A stretch of DNA of 64,000 nucleotides from an uncultured Gammaproteobacteria bacterium (GTDB lineage: Bacteria > Pseudomonadota > Gammaproteobacteria > UBA9214), in NCBI GenBank assembly GCA_963748215.1, contig CAVVHS010000007.1:192001-256000 (forward strand), given 5' to 3'. Below the pieces are notes generated by a model that was not told the origin of the DNA, did not search any database, and saw only the letters and a program-made list of their open reading frames with translations. Below are positions 39,260 to 50,819 of the stretch, one piece after another (the stretch's first letter is position 1; the number at the start of each line of letters is the position of its first letter). A program made the translations under genes and the position numbers.

Positions 39260-40921
39260 ATGCCAAAAGAAGAACCCACCTACAGCACCGCCCATGAACT
39301 GGCCGGGCGGCAGCGGGATATCTCGGTTTCCGAGTTCTTCCTGAAGAACCGGCATCTGCTCGGCTTCGATTCCCCTTCCAAGGCGTTGCTCATCACGATC
39401 AAGGAGGCCGTTGATAATGCACTGGATGCGTGCGAGGAGGCGGGGCTATTGCCCGAGATACGGGTGGAGATCGCGGATAACGGGGACCACATTTTCAGCG
39501 TGGTGGTAGAGGATAACGGCCCCGGGATCATGGAAAACCAGATCGCGCGCATTTTCGGCAAGCTGCTGTATGGCTCCCGGTTCCACAAGTTGAGTCAGTC
39601 GCGTGGTCAGCAGGGCATGGGCATCTCGGCCGCGGGTATGTATGCCCAGCTCACGACGGGCAAGTCGCTGCATGTCATCAGCCGTGTCCAGGGCGAGCCC
39701 ATGGCCTCCGAGCTGTTTGTCTCCATCGATACGGCAAAAAACCGGCCGGAGCTGCATGGCAAGAAGAGAATCGAGTGGGATCGCCCCCACGGCACGCGTG
39801 TGGAAGTGGAGATCGAGGGGCGTTACCTGAAAGGCATCCATTCCGTTGACATGTATCTGAAGCAGACGGCGATCGCCAATCCGCATGTCAGCTTTCATTT
39901 CAAGGGGCCGCGGGGCGAGGAGGCCAGCTACACCCGCAGCAGTACCGGGCTGCCGCCGCGTCCTACGGAGATCAAGCCGCATCCGCGCGGGGTCGAGCTG
40001 GGCCGGCTGATCCAGATGCTGAACAACACCGGCAGCCGTACCCTGCTGCAGTTCCTGGAGCACGAATTCTCGCGGGTGGGGCGCAAGACGGCCCGGGAGA
40101 TCGTGGCGCACGCCGGGCGCAAGCTGACCGAGCGGTCCCTGCCGAAACGCATCGCGCATGTGCAGGCCCAGGCCCTGTATCGCGCCATTAAAAAAGTGCC
40201 GGTGTCGGCGCCCAGGACCGATTGCATCGTGCCCATTGGTGAGGCGCAGTTGTACGAGGGCATGCGCAAGGAAATCGATGCCGATTTCTATATCGTTAAG
40301 ACCCGGCCGCCTGCGGTGTACCGGGGTAATCCCTTTCAGGTCGAGGTGGGGCTGGCCTGGGGCCGGCCCGGCGGCGACGAGCTGGCCGTGGATGCGGACG
40401 GCCGTATCCACAAGGCCGCGCACCACAAGCGCGACGTCTCGGAGGTGCTCGCCTTGCATGCCGAAGAGCCGGTCCACCTGCTGCGCTTTGCCAACCGGGT
40501 CCCGCTGCTCTACCAGCAGGAGGGCTGTGCCATTACCCGGGCCGTGCTGCAGACCAACTGGCGCGCCTATGGCCTGCAGCAGCCGAAGGGTGCGCTGCCC
40601 GTCGCACCCCTGGTGATCCTGGTGCACCTGGCCTCGGTCTGGGTGCCGTTTACCTCGGAGGCGAAGGAGGCGATCGCCCCCTATCCGGAAATCATCAAGG
40701 AGCTGAAACTGGGGCTGCAGGCCTGTGCGCGCAAACTGGCGGAACACCTGCGCCAGGACAACCGGCTGAAGCGCGAGTATGACAAGCGGTCGCACATCGA
40801 AAAATACCTGCCGCATGTGGGCATCGCCTTGCAGGAGATTCTCGGGCTGAGCGATGGAGAGCGGGACCAGTCGGTCGCGAAACTGGACGACGTGCTGCAG
40901 CACACTCGGAAGCTGCCATGA
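39260..40921 (+). CDS. top6B: DNA topoisomerase VI subunit B
   Basis: ISVSEFF.KN..LLGF, GHKL motifs KEAVDNALDA, EDNGPGI, KLLYGSRF, SRGQQGMGIS, HGT; IANPH, KPHP.G, GNPF.VE, RFANRVPL, S..VPFTSEAK. Confidence 0.95.
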   Translation: MPKEEPTYSTAHELAGRQRDISVSEFFLKNRHLLGFDSPSKALLITIKEAVDNALDACEEAGLLPEIRVEIADNGDHIFSVVVEDNGPGIMENQIARIFGKLLYGSRFHKLSQSRGQQGMGISAAGMYAQLTTGKSLHVISRVQGEPMASELFVSIDTAKNRPELHGKKRIEWDRPHGTRVEVEIEGRYLKGIHSVDMYLKQTAIANPHVSFHFKGPRGEEASYTRSSTGLPPRPTEIKPHPRGVELGRLIQMLNNTGSRTLLQFLEHEFSRVGRKTAREIVAHAGRKLTERSLPKRIAHVQAQALYRAIKKVPVSAPRTDCIVPIGEAQLYEGMRKEIDADFYIVKTRPPAVYRGNPFQVEVGLAWGRPGGDELAVDADGRIHKAAHHKRDVSEVLALHAEEPVHLLRFANRVPLLYQQEGCAITRAVLQTNWRAYGLQQPKGALPVAPLVILVHLASVWVPFTSEAKEAIAPYPEIIKELKLGLQACARKLAEHLRQDNRLKREYDKRSHIEKYLPHVGIALQEILGLSDGERDQSVAKLDDVLQHTRKLP

Positions 40922-42069
40922 CGGATTCCGGCAACGAAACCGGGAGTGGCGCTGCCGCCCGGCAGGCGCTGGATACGCTGACGCTGCGGCTGATCGACAG
41001 CATTGCCACGGCCATCCGCAGGAGTATCGAGCGGGGCGAGTTGCCGCACATCGAGTTGCCGGTACGCAGCCTGGCCAACGTGACCTACGATGCCGAAAAG
41101 GGCTATCTCGAGCTGGGGGAGGCGCTCAAGACACGGACCCTGACCGTGAATACGGTGCGTTCGTTTGCGCAGACGCTGCGCCTGATGGCCGCCTCCCGGC
41201 AGATGGTGCAGGACGATGATTTCGCCACCAAGCGCGAGGCCTATTACATCAGCAAGAACTGGGGCGACTGCCGCTTCGACGAGCAGGCCGAGTCGGATGC
41301 CATTATGGATGACATCGAGGCCCTGGCGTCACTGCACGGGCTGTCGCGCGAACAGCTGCGCTTCTACCCGGAGTCACACGGCGGCTCGGTGGCGGGACCG
41401 CTGACGGTCATCGATGCGGACCCGGAAAGCGGGGCGGTGCTCGAGATCGACTGCGCCAACCTCGGGAGTGGTGCTTACAGCGTGCCGCGCTCGGTCGAGC
41501 GCCTGGGGTTCCGTACCGATGCGGCGTTTATCCTGGCGATCGAGACCGGCGGCATGTTCCAGCGCCTGAACAATCACCGCTTCTGGAAACAGGCGCGCTG
41601 CATCCTGGTGGAGATGGGCGGCGTGCCGACGCGCGCCACCCGGCGTTTCATCCGCCGGCTGTCCGACAGCACGGACCTGCCGGTGTACTGTTTTGTCGAT
41701 TGCGACCCCTACGGCTTTGCCAATATCTATCGCACCCTGAAGGTGGGCTCGGGCAATGCGGCGCATATCAACCGCTTCTTTTGTGTGCCGCGCGCGCAGT
41801 ACCTGGGCGTCACGCCGCAGGACATCCTCGATTACCGGCTGGAGGATGCCACCCATCCCTTGAGCAAGACCGATATCAAGCGGGCGAAGGATGCCATCAG
41901 GAACGATCCGTTCTTTGCCTCGCAGCCGCGCTGGATCGCGGCCATCGAGCAGTTGCTGGCGATGGGTGTGCGTGCCGAGCAGCAGGCGCTGGCCAAGTGG
42001 GGGCTGAACTACGTCATCGACGAGTATTTGCCCCGCAAGCTGGAAAACCGGGGCAGTTTTCTGCCGTAG
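40918..42069 (+). CDS. top6A: DNA topoisomerase VI subunit A (Spo11-like)
   Basis: P.RSL.NV, catalytic-Tyr motif TKREAYY, F.EQ.ESD..M.DIE, Toprim AIETGG, G.P.RATR, DCDPYG, GS, EQQAL; ATGA overlap with top6B. Confidence 0.95.
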   Translation: MTDSGNETGSGAAARQALDTLTLRLIDSIATAIRRSIERGELPHIELPVRSLANVTYDAEKGYLELGEALKTRTLTVNTVRSFAQTLRLMAASRQMVQDDDFATKREAYYISKNWGDCRFDEQAESDAIMDDIEALASLHGLSREQLRFYPESHGGSVAGPLTVIDADPESGAVLEIDCANLGSGAYSVPRSVERLGFRTDAAFILAIETGGMFQRLNNHRFWKQARCILVEMGGVPTRATRRFIRRLSDSTDLPVYCFVDCDPYGFANIYRTLKVGSGNAAHINRFFCVPRAQYLGVTPQDILDYRLEDATHPLSKTDIKRAKDAIRNDPFFASQPRWIAAIEQLLAMGVRAEQQALAKWGLNYVIDEYLPRKLENRGSFLP

Positions 42070-42324
42070 GCAGGGTGCGCTGCGCGCACCGTTGGCGGTG
42101 CGTGAAACGCACCCTACATCTACATAGTTGTGAAATAATCGTAGGGTGCACTTTGTGCACCATTCCCGGTGCGTAAAACGCACCCTGCATCGAATAGCCA
42201 CGGAATCACACGGAATCACATGGAAGCAGGCAGGTTGCGTTATCCGGTTCTGACGCAGCGGGTTGTGAAATAATCGTAGGGAGCACTTTGTGCACCATTC
42301 CCGGTGCGTGGAACGCACCCTACA
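42070..42324. repeat. Composite REP cluster directly after top6A
   Basis: Three REP doublets plus CACGGAAT repeats. Confidence 0.85.
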
Positions 42325-42438
42325 TTCTGATGACTCTGAATAAAAAGGGTACTGGCCCATTTATTCCGTTAATGCGATTTTCTGCGATAATCCCGTCCAG
42401 TCACCGGGTATTCATGACAACACAACAGGGACCAAGCC

Positions 42439-42876
42439 ATGACCATTAAGATACAGGATCTGATGACCAAGACCGTCGTCACTGCCGAACCCCACCAAAC
42501 CGTCGGCCAGATCAAGGGCAAGATGGCCAAACGCAGCTTGAGCAATGTCCCGGTCGTCTCTCCGGACAATGTCCCCATCGGCGTGGTCTCCGCCTCTGAC
42601 CTGCTGGCGGCGGAGGAGGAGGGCGCTCCCGTCTCCAGCATCATGACCGGGAAGGTCTACACCATCCCCGAATATGAAGAGGTGTCGGTGGCGGCCCGCA
42701 TGATGCGCAACCACAACATCCATCATCTCATCGTCACCCAGGAGCAAAAGGTCGTCGGCGTCATCAGCTCCTTCGACCTGCTGAAGCTTGTCGAAGGCCA
42801 CCGCTTCGTTATGAAGAACGCCCCGACCCCGAAGAGCAAGGGTGTGGGCAAGCGTGCAAAGGCGGAATTGGAATAG
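42439..42876 (+). CDS. CBS domain pair protein
   Basis: IQDLMT..VVT, VPVV, GVVS.SDL, IMT, IHHL.V, VGVIS.FDL. Confidence 0.92.
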   Translation: MTIKIQDLMTKTVVTAEPHQTVGQIKGKMAKRSLSNVPVVSPDNVPIGVVSASDLLAAEEEGAPVSSIMTGKVYTIPEYEEVSVAARMMRNHNIHHLIVTQEQKVVGVISSFDLLKLVEGHRFVMKNAPTPKSKGVGKRAKAELE

Positions 42877-42905
42877 CTTAAAAGAGGACGGAGGGATTAT
42901 TCTTT

Positions 42906-42967
42906 AAGGGTCATGACTAGTTAAGGCTTAGTGAAATGAGGCTAAGCCATAACTAGTCATGACCCTT
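42906..42967. repeat. 26-bp inverted repeat (GGGTCA type) nested in a weaker outer IR
   Basis: AAGGGTCATGACTAGTTAAGGCTTAG / CTAAGCCATAACTAGTCATGACCCTT (25/26). Confidence 0.85.
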
Positions 42968-43030
42968 CTTTAATATTGATCATAATTTAATTCATCCGCC
43001 CCCTTTACGGGTTACCCTAGGGTTACCCTA

Positions 43031-43302
43031 GGGTCGGACCTCGTCAACCAGTTGAAGTGGCTCAATCAACACGTTAATTCAGACCGCATACCAGCCTTGG
43101 AAGGTATTTTTCAGTGTGAAAACGGCGCATTCAAGTGATTGCGAACGCGCGATGTATCGCACAGAAAATACTGGAAATCGTGAGTGCCTCGCAATTCTTA
43201 GAGGCACCATATTGTGGCCGGAACAGGCGTTTTAAGCTCGAAAAGAACCTTTATCAGGGGTAAGAATCGAATGATGTCAGTGGGTTGCCTAGGTCCGACC
43301 CC
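43031..43302. mobile_element. 272-bp MITE-like element, copy 2
   Basis: Same TIRs and colinear interior as 37106-37377; preceded by GGGTTACCCTA x2. Confidence 0.8.
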
Positions 43303-43521
43303 TGCAGATGATCACACACGATCCACCTGTCTGGATCAAGACTGGCAAGATAATACACAGACTTGACGATTGGGTTCACGTAACATTTACTTAAATAGTG
43401 AGGCACCGGAACACGCAGCGAAGCGGGGTTTACTTGCAAAGCGCGTGATTTTTCCCGGCCAGCCTATAAACAAAAGATAAATCTCTTTCAACTCTTTCAA
43501 CTCCGTTACGGAAATATAACT

Positions 43522-44983
43522 ATGAAAAACTCAATACTAGCTGCCGCAATTGTTGCCGGCATCCTGTCTGCACCAATGGCATCAGCGCAGGAATCCTCTG
43601 CGCCCACTCCTCCGGCGAAAAGCACGGGCACGGACAAGCAACTCTCGCGGATGCAGGAAAATATGAAAGCAATGCAGCAGCAGATGGAAAAACTCCGGGC
43701 GACGACAGACCCGCAGGAACGCCACAAGCTGATAGAGGAGCACATGCAGACCATGCAGGAACATATGGATATGATGGATAGCATGCACGCTACCCAGGGC
43801 GGCATGATGGGCGGCCCGGGTGGACCGCAAGGTGGTCCTGGCATGATGGGCGGCCCTGGTGGTCCGGGTGGTCCTCAAGGTGGTCCCGGTGGTCCGGGCG
43901 GTCCGCAAGGCGATCCCCGGATGATGGGTGGCCCCGGCGGTCCGGGTGGTCCTGAAGGTGGTCCCGGCATGATGGGCGGCCCCGGTGGTCCGGGCGGTCC
44001 GCAAGGCGATCCCCGGATGATGGGCGGCCCCGGCGGTCCGGGTGGTCCTGAAGGTGGTCCCGGCATGATGGGCGGTCCCGGTGGTCCGGGCGGTCCGCAA
44101 GGCGATCCCCGGATGATGGGCGGCCCCGGCGGTCCGGGTGGTCCTGAAGGTGGTCCCGGCATGATGGGCGGCCCCGGTGGTCCGGGCGGTCCGCAAGGCG
44201 ATCCCCGGATGATGGGCGGCCCCGGCGGTCCGGGTGGTCCTGAAGGTGGTCCCGGCATGATGGGCGGCCCCGGTGGTCCGGGCGGTCCGCAAGGCGATCC
44301 CCGGATGATGGGCGGCCCCGGCGGTCCGGGTGGTCCTGAAGGTGGTCCCGGCATGATGGGCGGCCCCGGTGGTCCGGGCGGTCCGCAAGGCGATCCCCGG
44401 ATGATGGGCGGCCCCGGCGGTCCGGGTGGTCCTGAAGGTGGTCCCGGCATGATGGGCGGTCCCGGTGGTCCGGGCGGTCCGCAAGGCGATCCCCGGATGA
44501 TGGGCGGCCCCGGTGGTCCGGGCGGTCCGCAAGGCGATCCCCGGATGATGGGCGGCCCCGGTGGTCCGGGCGGTCCGCAAGGCGATCCCCGGATGATGGG
44601 CGGCCCCGGCGGTCCGGGTGGTCCTGAAGGTGGTCCCGGCATGATGGGCGGTCCCGGTGGTCCGGGCGGTCCGCAAGGTGATCCCCGGATGATGGGCGGT
44701 CCCGGCGGTCCGGGCGGTCCGCAAGGCGATCCCCGGATGATGGGCGGCCCCGGCGGTCCGGGCGGTCCTCAAGGCGATCCCCGGCATGATGGGCGGCCCC
44801 GGCGGTCCGGGCGGTCCTCAAGGCGATCCCCGGATGATGGGCGGCCCCGGCGGTCCGGGCGGTCCTCAAGGCGATCCCCGGATGATGGGCGGTCCGGGTG
44901 GTTATGAAGGTGGTGGTCCTGAGGGTGGACCTGAAGGCGGTCCGGGCATGAAGGACGGTCCGGATGGACCGGGAGCGGAGTGA
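43522..44983 (+). CDS. Secreted Met-rich helical protein with long Gly/Pro/Met tandem repeat (+1 frameshift at ~44785)
   Basis: Signal peptide ASA/Q; MQ..M...T.DP.ER..L..EHM..MQ helical hairpin; [11 protein letters not shown](QGDPR/EGGPG) repeats continue in frame 44786-44983. Confidence 0.8.
43921..44881 (+). repeat. Coding VNTR: 20 x 48-bp units of two variants
   Basis: Units start every 48 bp from 43921; order (BA)6 A A B A A A A A, with one extra base before 44786. Confidence 0.92.
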
Positions 44984-45197
44984 TCCCCAAACCTAGCTGA
45001 TATATACCGCTACGAGAATCAGGGGTCAGGTGCTGTGACTGCAGACTGCCCCCTGCTTCTTTCTGATTGCAGGACGTTCCGGCCAGGCCCGCGGGCAACC
45101 CATGAATAATTGGGGTCAGAGCACAATTTTCTCTAATAATCGATTGCGTGTGCTCTGATACCAATAATTTAATGGTCAGTTGACCCGGGATAATAAA

Positions 45198-46127
45198 TTG
45201 CAAGCAATCGTTTCCATAGCGAATCTGTCAAAGACGTATTCAACGGGTTATCAGGCGCTGAAGAATGTAAACCTGGACATACAGCCGGGAGAGATCCTGG
45301 CCCTGCTGGGTCCTAATGGCGCGGGTAAGACCACACTCATCTCGATTATCTGCGGCATTGTGAATGCCAGTAGCGGTTCAGTCACCGTTGGCGGGCACGA
45401 TACTGTGAAGGACTACCGCATCACGCGCAGCATGATCGGCCTGGTGCCACAGGAGCTTACGCTCGGTGCCTTCGACAAGGTGTGGAATACCCTGTGTTTC
45501 AGTCGCGGCCTGTTTGGCAAAAAGCCGGACCCAAAATACCTTGAGCAGGTACTGAGGGACTTGTCATTATGGGACAAGAAAAACACCATGCTCATGGCGT
45601 TGTCGGGCGGCATGAAACGGCGGGTGTTGATTGGCAAGGCGCTGGCGCACGAACCTGTGATTCTGTTTCTGGACGAACCGACCGCGGGCGTCGATGTGGA
45701 GTTGCGTAAGGATATGTGGGCGCTGGTGCGGCGTTTGCGTGAATCGGGCGTTACCATCATTCTCACCACGCACTATATCGAGGAGGCGGAAGCGATTGCC
45801 GATCGTGTGGGTGTCATCAACCACGGTGAATTGCTGCTGGTAGATGATAAAGCTGCGCTGATGCACAAGCTGGGTAAGCGGCAACTGATTATCGAGCTTG
45901 AAAATACACTTGTTGCATTGCCTGAAGCCCTGGTAAGCAGGTCTTTGGACCTGTCGGCGGATGGCTGCACGCTGACCTATACCTACGATCCGCATAAAAG
46001 CAACACCGGTATCAACGAATTGCTGCAGGCTCTGCGGGATGCGGATTTGTCGATAAAGGATGTGCATACGACCAAGACGTCATTGGAAGAAATATTCGTC
46101 AGCCTGGTGAAGACAAAGAAAATATGA
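45198..46127 (+). CDS. ABC-2 type transporter ATP-binding protein (YadG-like)
   Basis: [33 protein letters not shown]. Confidence 0.93.
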   Translation: MQAIVSIANLSKTYSTGYQALKNVNLDIQPGEILALLGPNGAGKTTLISIICGIVNASSGSVTVGGHDTVKDYRITRSMIGLVPQELTLGAFDKVWNTLCFSRGLFGKKPDPKYLEQVLRDLSLWDKKNTMLMALSGGMKRRVLIGKALAHEPVILFLDEPTAGVDVELRKDMWALVRRLRESGVTIILTTHYIEEAEAIADRVGVINHGELLLVDDKAALMHKLGKRQLIIELENTLVALPEALVSRSLDLSADGCTLTYTYDPHKSNTGINELLQALRDADLSIKDVHTTKTSLEEIFVSLVKTKKI

Positions 46128-46885
46128 ATCTTTATGCGATACGCGTCATCTATAAATATGAAATGCTGCGCGCCTTCGAAACCATTGCCCAGAGTTTCGC
46201 ATCACCGGTGATTTCCACAGCACTTTACTTCGTGGTGTTCGGATCCGCGATCGGCTCACGCATCGAATCTGTTGAAGGCATATCCTACGGGGCCTTTATT
46301 GTGCCCGGTTTGATGATGCTGGCGTTGTTAACGCAGAGTATTGCCAACGCATCCTTCGGAATTTTCTTTCCCAAGTTCACCGGCACCATTTACGAGGTGT
46401 TGTCTGCGCCGATTTCGTTTGTAGAAATCGTGATCGGTTACGTGGGGGCGGCCGCAACCAAGTCGTTCATTATCGGGCTGATCATCCTGGCGACAGCGGG
46501 ATTCTTCGTGCCGCTGCATATCGCGCATCCTTTCTGGATGCTGGGTTTTCTGGTGCTTACCTGCATTACGTTCAGTCTGTTTGGCTTGCTCATCGGCCTG
46601 TGGGCAACCAATTTCGAAAAATTGCAGCTCATACCGATGCTGGTGATTACGCCACTGGTATTTCTGGGAGGCAGTTTCTACTCGGTCAGCATGCTGCCGC
46701 CGGCCTGGCAGACGGTCACACTTTTCAACCCGGTGGTTTATTTGATCAGCGGCTTCCGCTGGAGCTTTTTCGAAGTCGCCGATGTCAGCGTGGGCCTGAG
46801 TCTTGCCATGGTGCTGGCGTTCCTCGGCGCCTGTCTTGTCATAGTTTGGTGGATGTTCAAAACAGGTTATCGATTGAAGCAATAA
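46124..46885 (+). CDS. ABC-2 type transporter permease (YadH-like)
   Basis: [44 protein letters not shown]; ATGA overlap. Confidence 0.93.
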   Translation: MNLYAIRVIYKYEMLRAFETIAQSFASPVISTALYFVVFGSAIGSRIESVEGISYGAFIVPGLMMLALLTQSIANASFGIFFPKFTGTIYEVLSAPISFVEIVIGYVGAAATKSFIIGLIILATAGFFVPLHIAHPFWMLGFLVLTCITFSLFGLLIGLWATNFEKLQLIPMLVITPLVFLGGSFYSVSMLPPAWQTVTLFNPVVYLISGFRWSFFEVADVSVGLSLAMVLAFLGACLVIVWWMFKTGYRLKQ

Positions 46886-46897
46886 GAGAATTTATTT

Positions 46898-47195
46898 GTA
46901 GGGTGCGCTGTGCGCACCGTTGGCGGTGCGTAAAACGCACCCTACATCTAATAGCAACGAAATCACACGGATAACACGGAAGCCATTCCCGGTGCGTGAA
47001 ACGCACCCTACACCCGCGTTTTTATCTTTCCGTGTCCTTCCGTGGATTCCGTGGCCATTATTTATCGCGCATGGGATGCGCTCCTACCCCACTGGATGTT
47101 GTATGGGGTACTCGGTGCACCATTGGCGGTGCGTGAAACGCACCCTGCATCTAATAGCCACGGAATCACACGGAAAACCGTGCTCTGACCCCGGC
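46898..47195. repeat. Composite REP cluster between convergent ABC operons
   Basis: REP doublets, CACGGAA repeats in both orientations, GTAGGAGCG-type REP, TCTGACCCC end. Confidence 0.85.
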
Positions 47196-47211
47196 AATCC
47201 GACCTTCCGGC

Positions 47212-48416
47212 CTACTCGTAGCGCAGTGCCTCGATGGGGTCCTGGCGTGCGGCCTTGCGCGCGGGAAAGAAGCCGAAGATCACGCCCACGGCGGCGGAGA
47301 ACAGGAAGGCCAGCAGCATGATACTGGCATCGAGCAGCGCCGGCATGCCCATGAGAGCGGCGAGACCGTAGGTTGTCGCCACTGCCAGCAGGATGCCGAG
47401 CAGGCCGCCGAACGACGACAGCACCACCGCCTCGACCAGGAACTGCAGCAGCACCTCGCGCTCCAGGGCGCCGATCGCCAGACGGATGCCGATTTCGCGG
47501 GTGCGCTCGGTCACCGAGACCAGCATGATGTTCATGATGCCGATGCCGCCCACCAGCAGGCTGACCGCGGCCACGGCGCCGAGCAGGGTGGTGAGCACCC
47601 GGGTGGTGCCGGTCAGCGCCTCGGCGATCTCCTTCATGTCGCGCACGTTGAAGTCGTCGTCCTCGTTCGCCGTGATGCGGCGGCGCTCGCGCATCAGCAG
47701 CTCGATGTCGCGCTGGACCTTGCTGGTGGAGGCGCCCTCGCGGGCCGAGACGTAGATCATCTGCACGTCCTGTTTGCCGGCCACGCGCCGCCAGAAGGTG
47801 CGCAGCGGAATCACCACCAGGTCGTCCTGGTCGCGGCCGCCGGCCGACTGCCCCTTGGCCTCCAGCAGGCCGATCACCTGGCAGGACAGCTTGTTGAGGC
47901 GCAGCTTCTCGCCGATCGCATCCTGGCTGCCGAACAGTTCCTTGCGCACGCCCTCGCCGAGGATGCACACCGCGGCGCCGGCGCGCAGTTCGCTGGGGCT
48001 GAACTCGCGGCCCTTCGCCAGGGTCCAGTTGCCGACCGGGAAGTAGTTGTTGTCCGAGCCGGTCACGGTGGTGGACCAGTTGCGGTTGCCGTAGATGGCC
48101 GTCATAGGCTGCGAGGCGCCGGGCGCCACGGCGGCGATGCCGCCCACCTCGCGGCCGATGGCCTCGGCGTCGTCGATGTCGAACTGCTCGGCCTCCGAGC
48201 GCTGCCCGAAGCCGAGGCGCTGGCCGGTGCGCACCATCAGCAGGTTGCTGCCGAGGCTGGAGATCTGTTCGCCGACCTGGGCGGTCGCGCCGCTGCCCAG
48301 GTTGACCATGACAATCACCGAGGCCACCCCGATGACGATGCCCAGCATGGTCAGCGCCGAGCGCATCAGGTTGCGGCGGATTTCGCGCAGGGCGAGCAGC
48401 AGGGCGTTCCACAGCA

Positions 48417-48417
<1 letters not shown>
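47212..48417 (-). CDS. MacB-type ABC transporter permease
   Basis: RSALTMLGIVIGVASVI, SLLVGGIGIMNIMLVSVTERTREIGIR.AIGA, QFLVE, PIEALRYE. Confidence 0.93.
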
Positions 48418-49132
<715 letters not shown>

Positions 49133-49136
<4 letters not shown>

Positions 49137-50404
49137 GGCTTCACAGTAACGGTATCGGTCACGACCCGCGCGCCGGGTTGAATATCCCCCGACTGCAGTT
49201 CGGTGAACTTGCCGTCGCTGGCGCCCGTCTTCACCGGGACGGCCACCGGCTCGCCGTCGCGCAGCACCCACACCTTCTGGCCACCGTTCCTGTCGGCATT
49301 GCTGCGGCGCTGGCCCATCGGCGGCCGCGGGAACAGCATGCCGAAGGCACCGCGCTGGCGGGGTTGCGCCGCGGTCTGCGGTGGCGTGAAGCGCAGGGCG
49401 GCATTGGGCACCAGCACCGCATCCTGCAGTTCCTGCACCGTAATCACGGCGGTGGCCGTCATGCCCGGGCGCAGTGCCAGGTCCGCGTTGTCCACCGCGA
49501 GCACGGTTTCGTAGGTGACCACACCCTCCACGGTTCTGGGGGCGAAGCGCACCTGGGTGATCCTGGCCGGGAAGCTGCGCTCGGGCCACGCGTCCACGGT
49601 GAACTCGGCGGCCTGGCCTTCGGCGATCCTGCCCACGTCGGCCTCGTCCACTGCCACGTGCAGTTCCATCTGCGCCAGGTCCTCGGCCAGGGTGAACAGG
49701 ATGGGCGCCTGCAGCGAGGCCGCCACGGTCTGGCCCGGCTCGATCTGGCGTAGCAGCACCAGCCCGTCGATGGGCGAACGGATCTCGGTTTTGGCCAGCT
49801 CGGTCTCCTTGCCGTCCAGGGTGGCGCGTGACTCGGCCACCTGTGCCCGGGTGCTGGCCTCGGTGGCCCTGGCGCGAGCGTACGCGGCGCGGGCAGTATC
49901 CAGCTCGGAGGTGGCGCAGAGCTGGCGCTCGGCCAGCTTCTCGCAACGCTCGAAAGCCTGCCGCGTCTCCAGCACCGTGGCCTGCGCCTCCTTGACCTTG
50001 GCCTCGCTGGATTGCAGCGAGGCGCGCGACTCCAGCACCTGCGCCTGCAGGCGGTCGGTATCCAGCCGCGCCAGCACCTGGCCGCGCTGCACCTTGTCGT
50101 TGAAGTCCACCTCCACCGTATCGATGATCCCGGAAAGTTCGCTGCCCACGTCCACCTGGTTGACCGGCTCCAGCGTGCCCGTGGCGGTGACCGTCACCGT
50201 GAGATCGCCCTTTACCACCTCGGCGGTCTCGTAGCGTACCGCGGACTTGTCGCCGGGCAGCAGCCAGAGGAGGGCGGCACCCGCGAGCAGCAGTATGACG
50301 AGGGCAGCAAGCCCCCAGCGCAGGCGGCGCTGCCCGGGCGTTTGCTGGTCCACGTTCAGGACGGCATGGATGTCATCACGGGGGGGGGATACGTTTGGCG
50401 GCAT
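49133..50404 (-). CDS. MacA-type periplasmic adaptor (efflux membrane fusion protein)
   Basis: ATGTLEP...V.VGSELSG, coiled-coil hairpin, IRSPIDG, GQTVAASLQAP.LF, VDEADVG, LRPGMTA, VPNAALRF. Confidence 0.92.
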
Positions 50405-50819
50405 TGCTGTGTGACTCGCGTTTGGCGGAATAATTCCGCCAGAAAAGGGGCGGCGTGGTTCGGTGGGGATCACGCCGGGAGGGTGAGTTTACACGGGGCA
50501 GGGGGAGTTGTTGAGGTTCCATTCGCGGTTGTTCGCGCATAAGATGCGCTCCTGCACGTATTCGATTTCGATGCTCCTGCTGGAGCGGATCCCATCCGCG
50601 ATTATTTCAAACACCGCATCGCGCATGAGATGCGCTCCTACGCCCAATAGCTGCACCGGTGCAGGAGCGGACGTTGTCCGCGAAAGATTCCAGCCTGAAA
50701 AAGATAAGCGCGTGGTCAGATCCGAATGTTTCCTGATAGTTGGAATAATCAAACCCTGCCCCCTTTTTTTGCCTGTTGGCGGAAATGGCGTACACAGCCC
50801 TGACTTCGGTATTTTCTCA

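Noticed and set aside
39260-42069. Wadjet JetD, Topo VIII or MutL/Hsp90 assignment for the GHKL-Toprim pair
   Set aside because: Topo VI-specific motifs in both subunits and the B-then-A two-gene layout fit Topo VI; no SMC/jetABC genes are nearby
43800-44881. Collagen-like triple-helix protein
   Set aside because: The Gly-X-Y register breaks every 16 residues, leaving only short triplet runs; alternative-frame repeat ORFs are shadows
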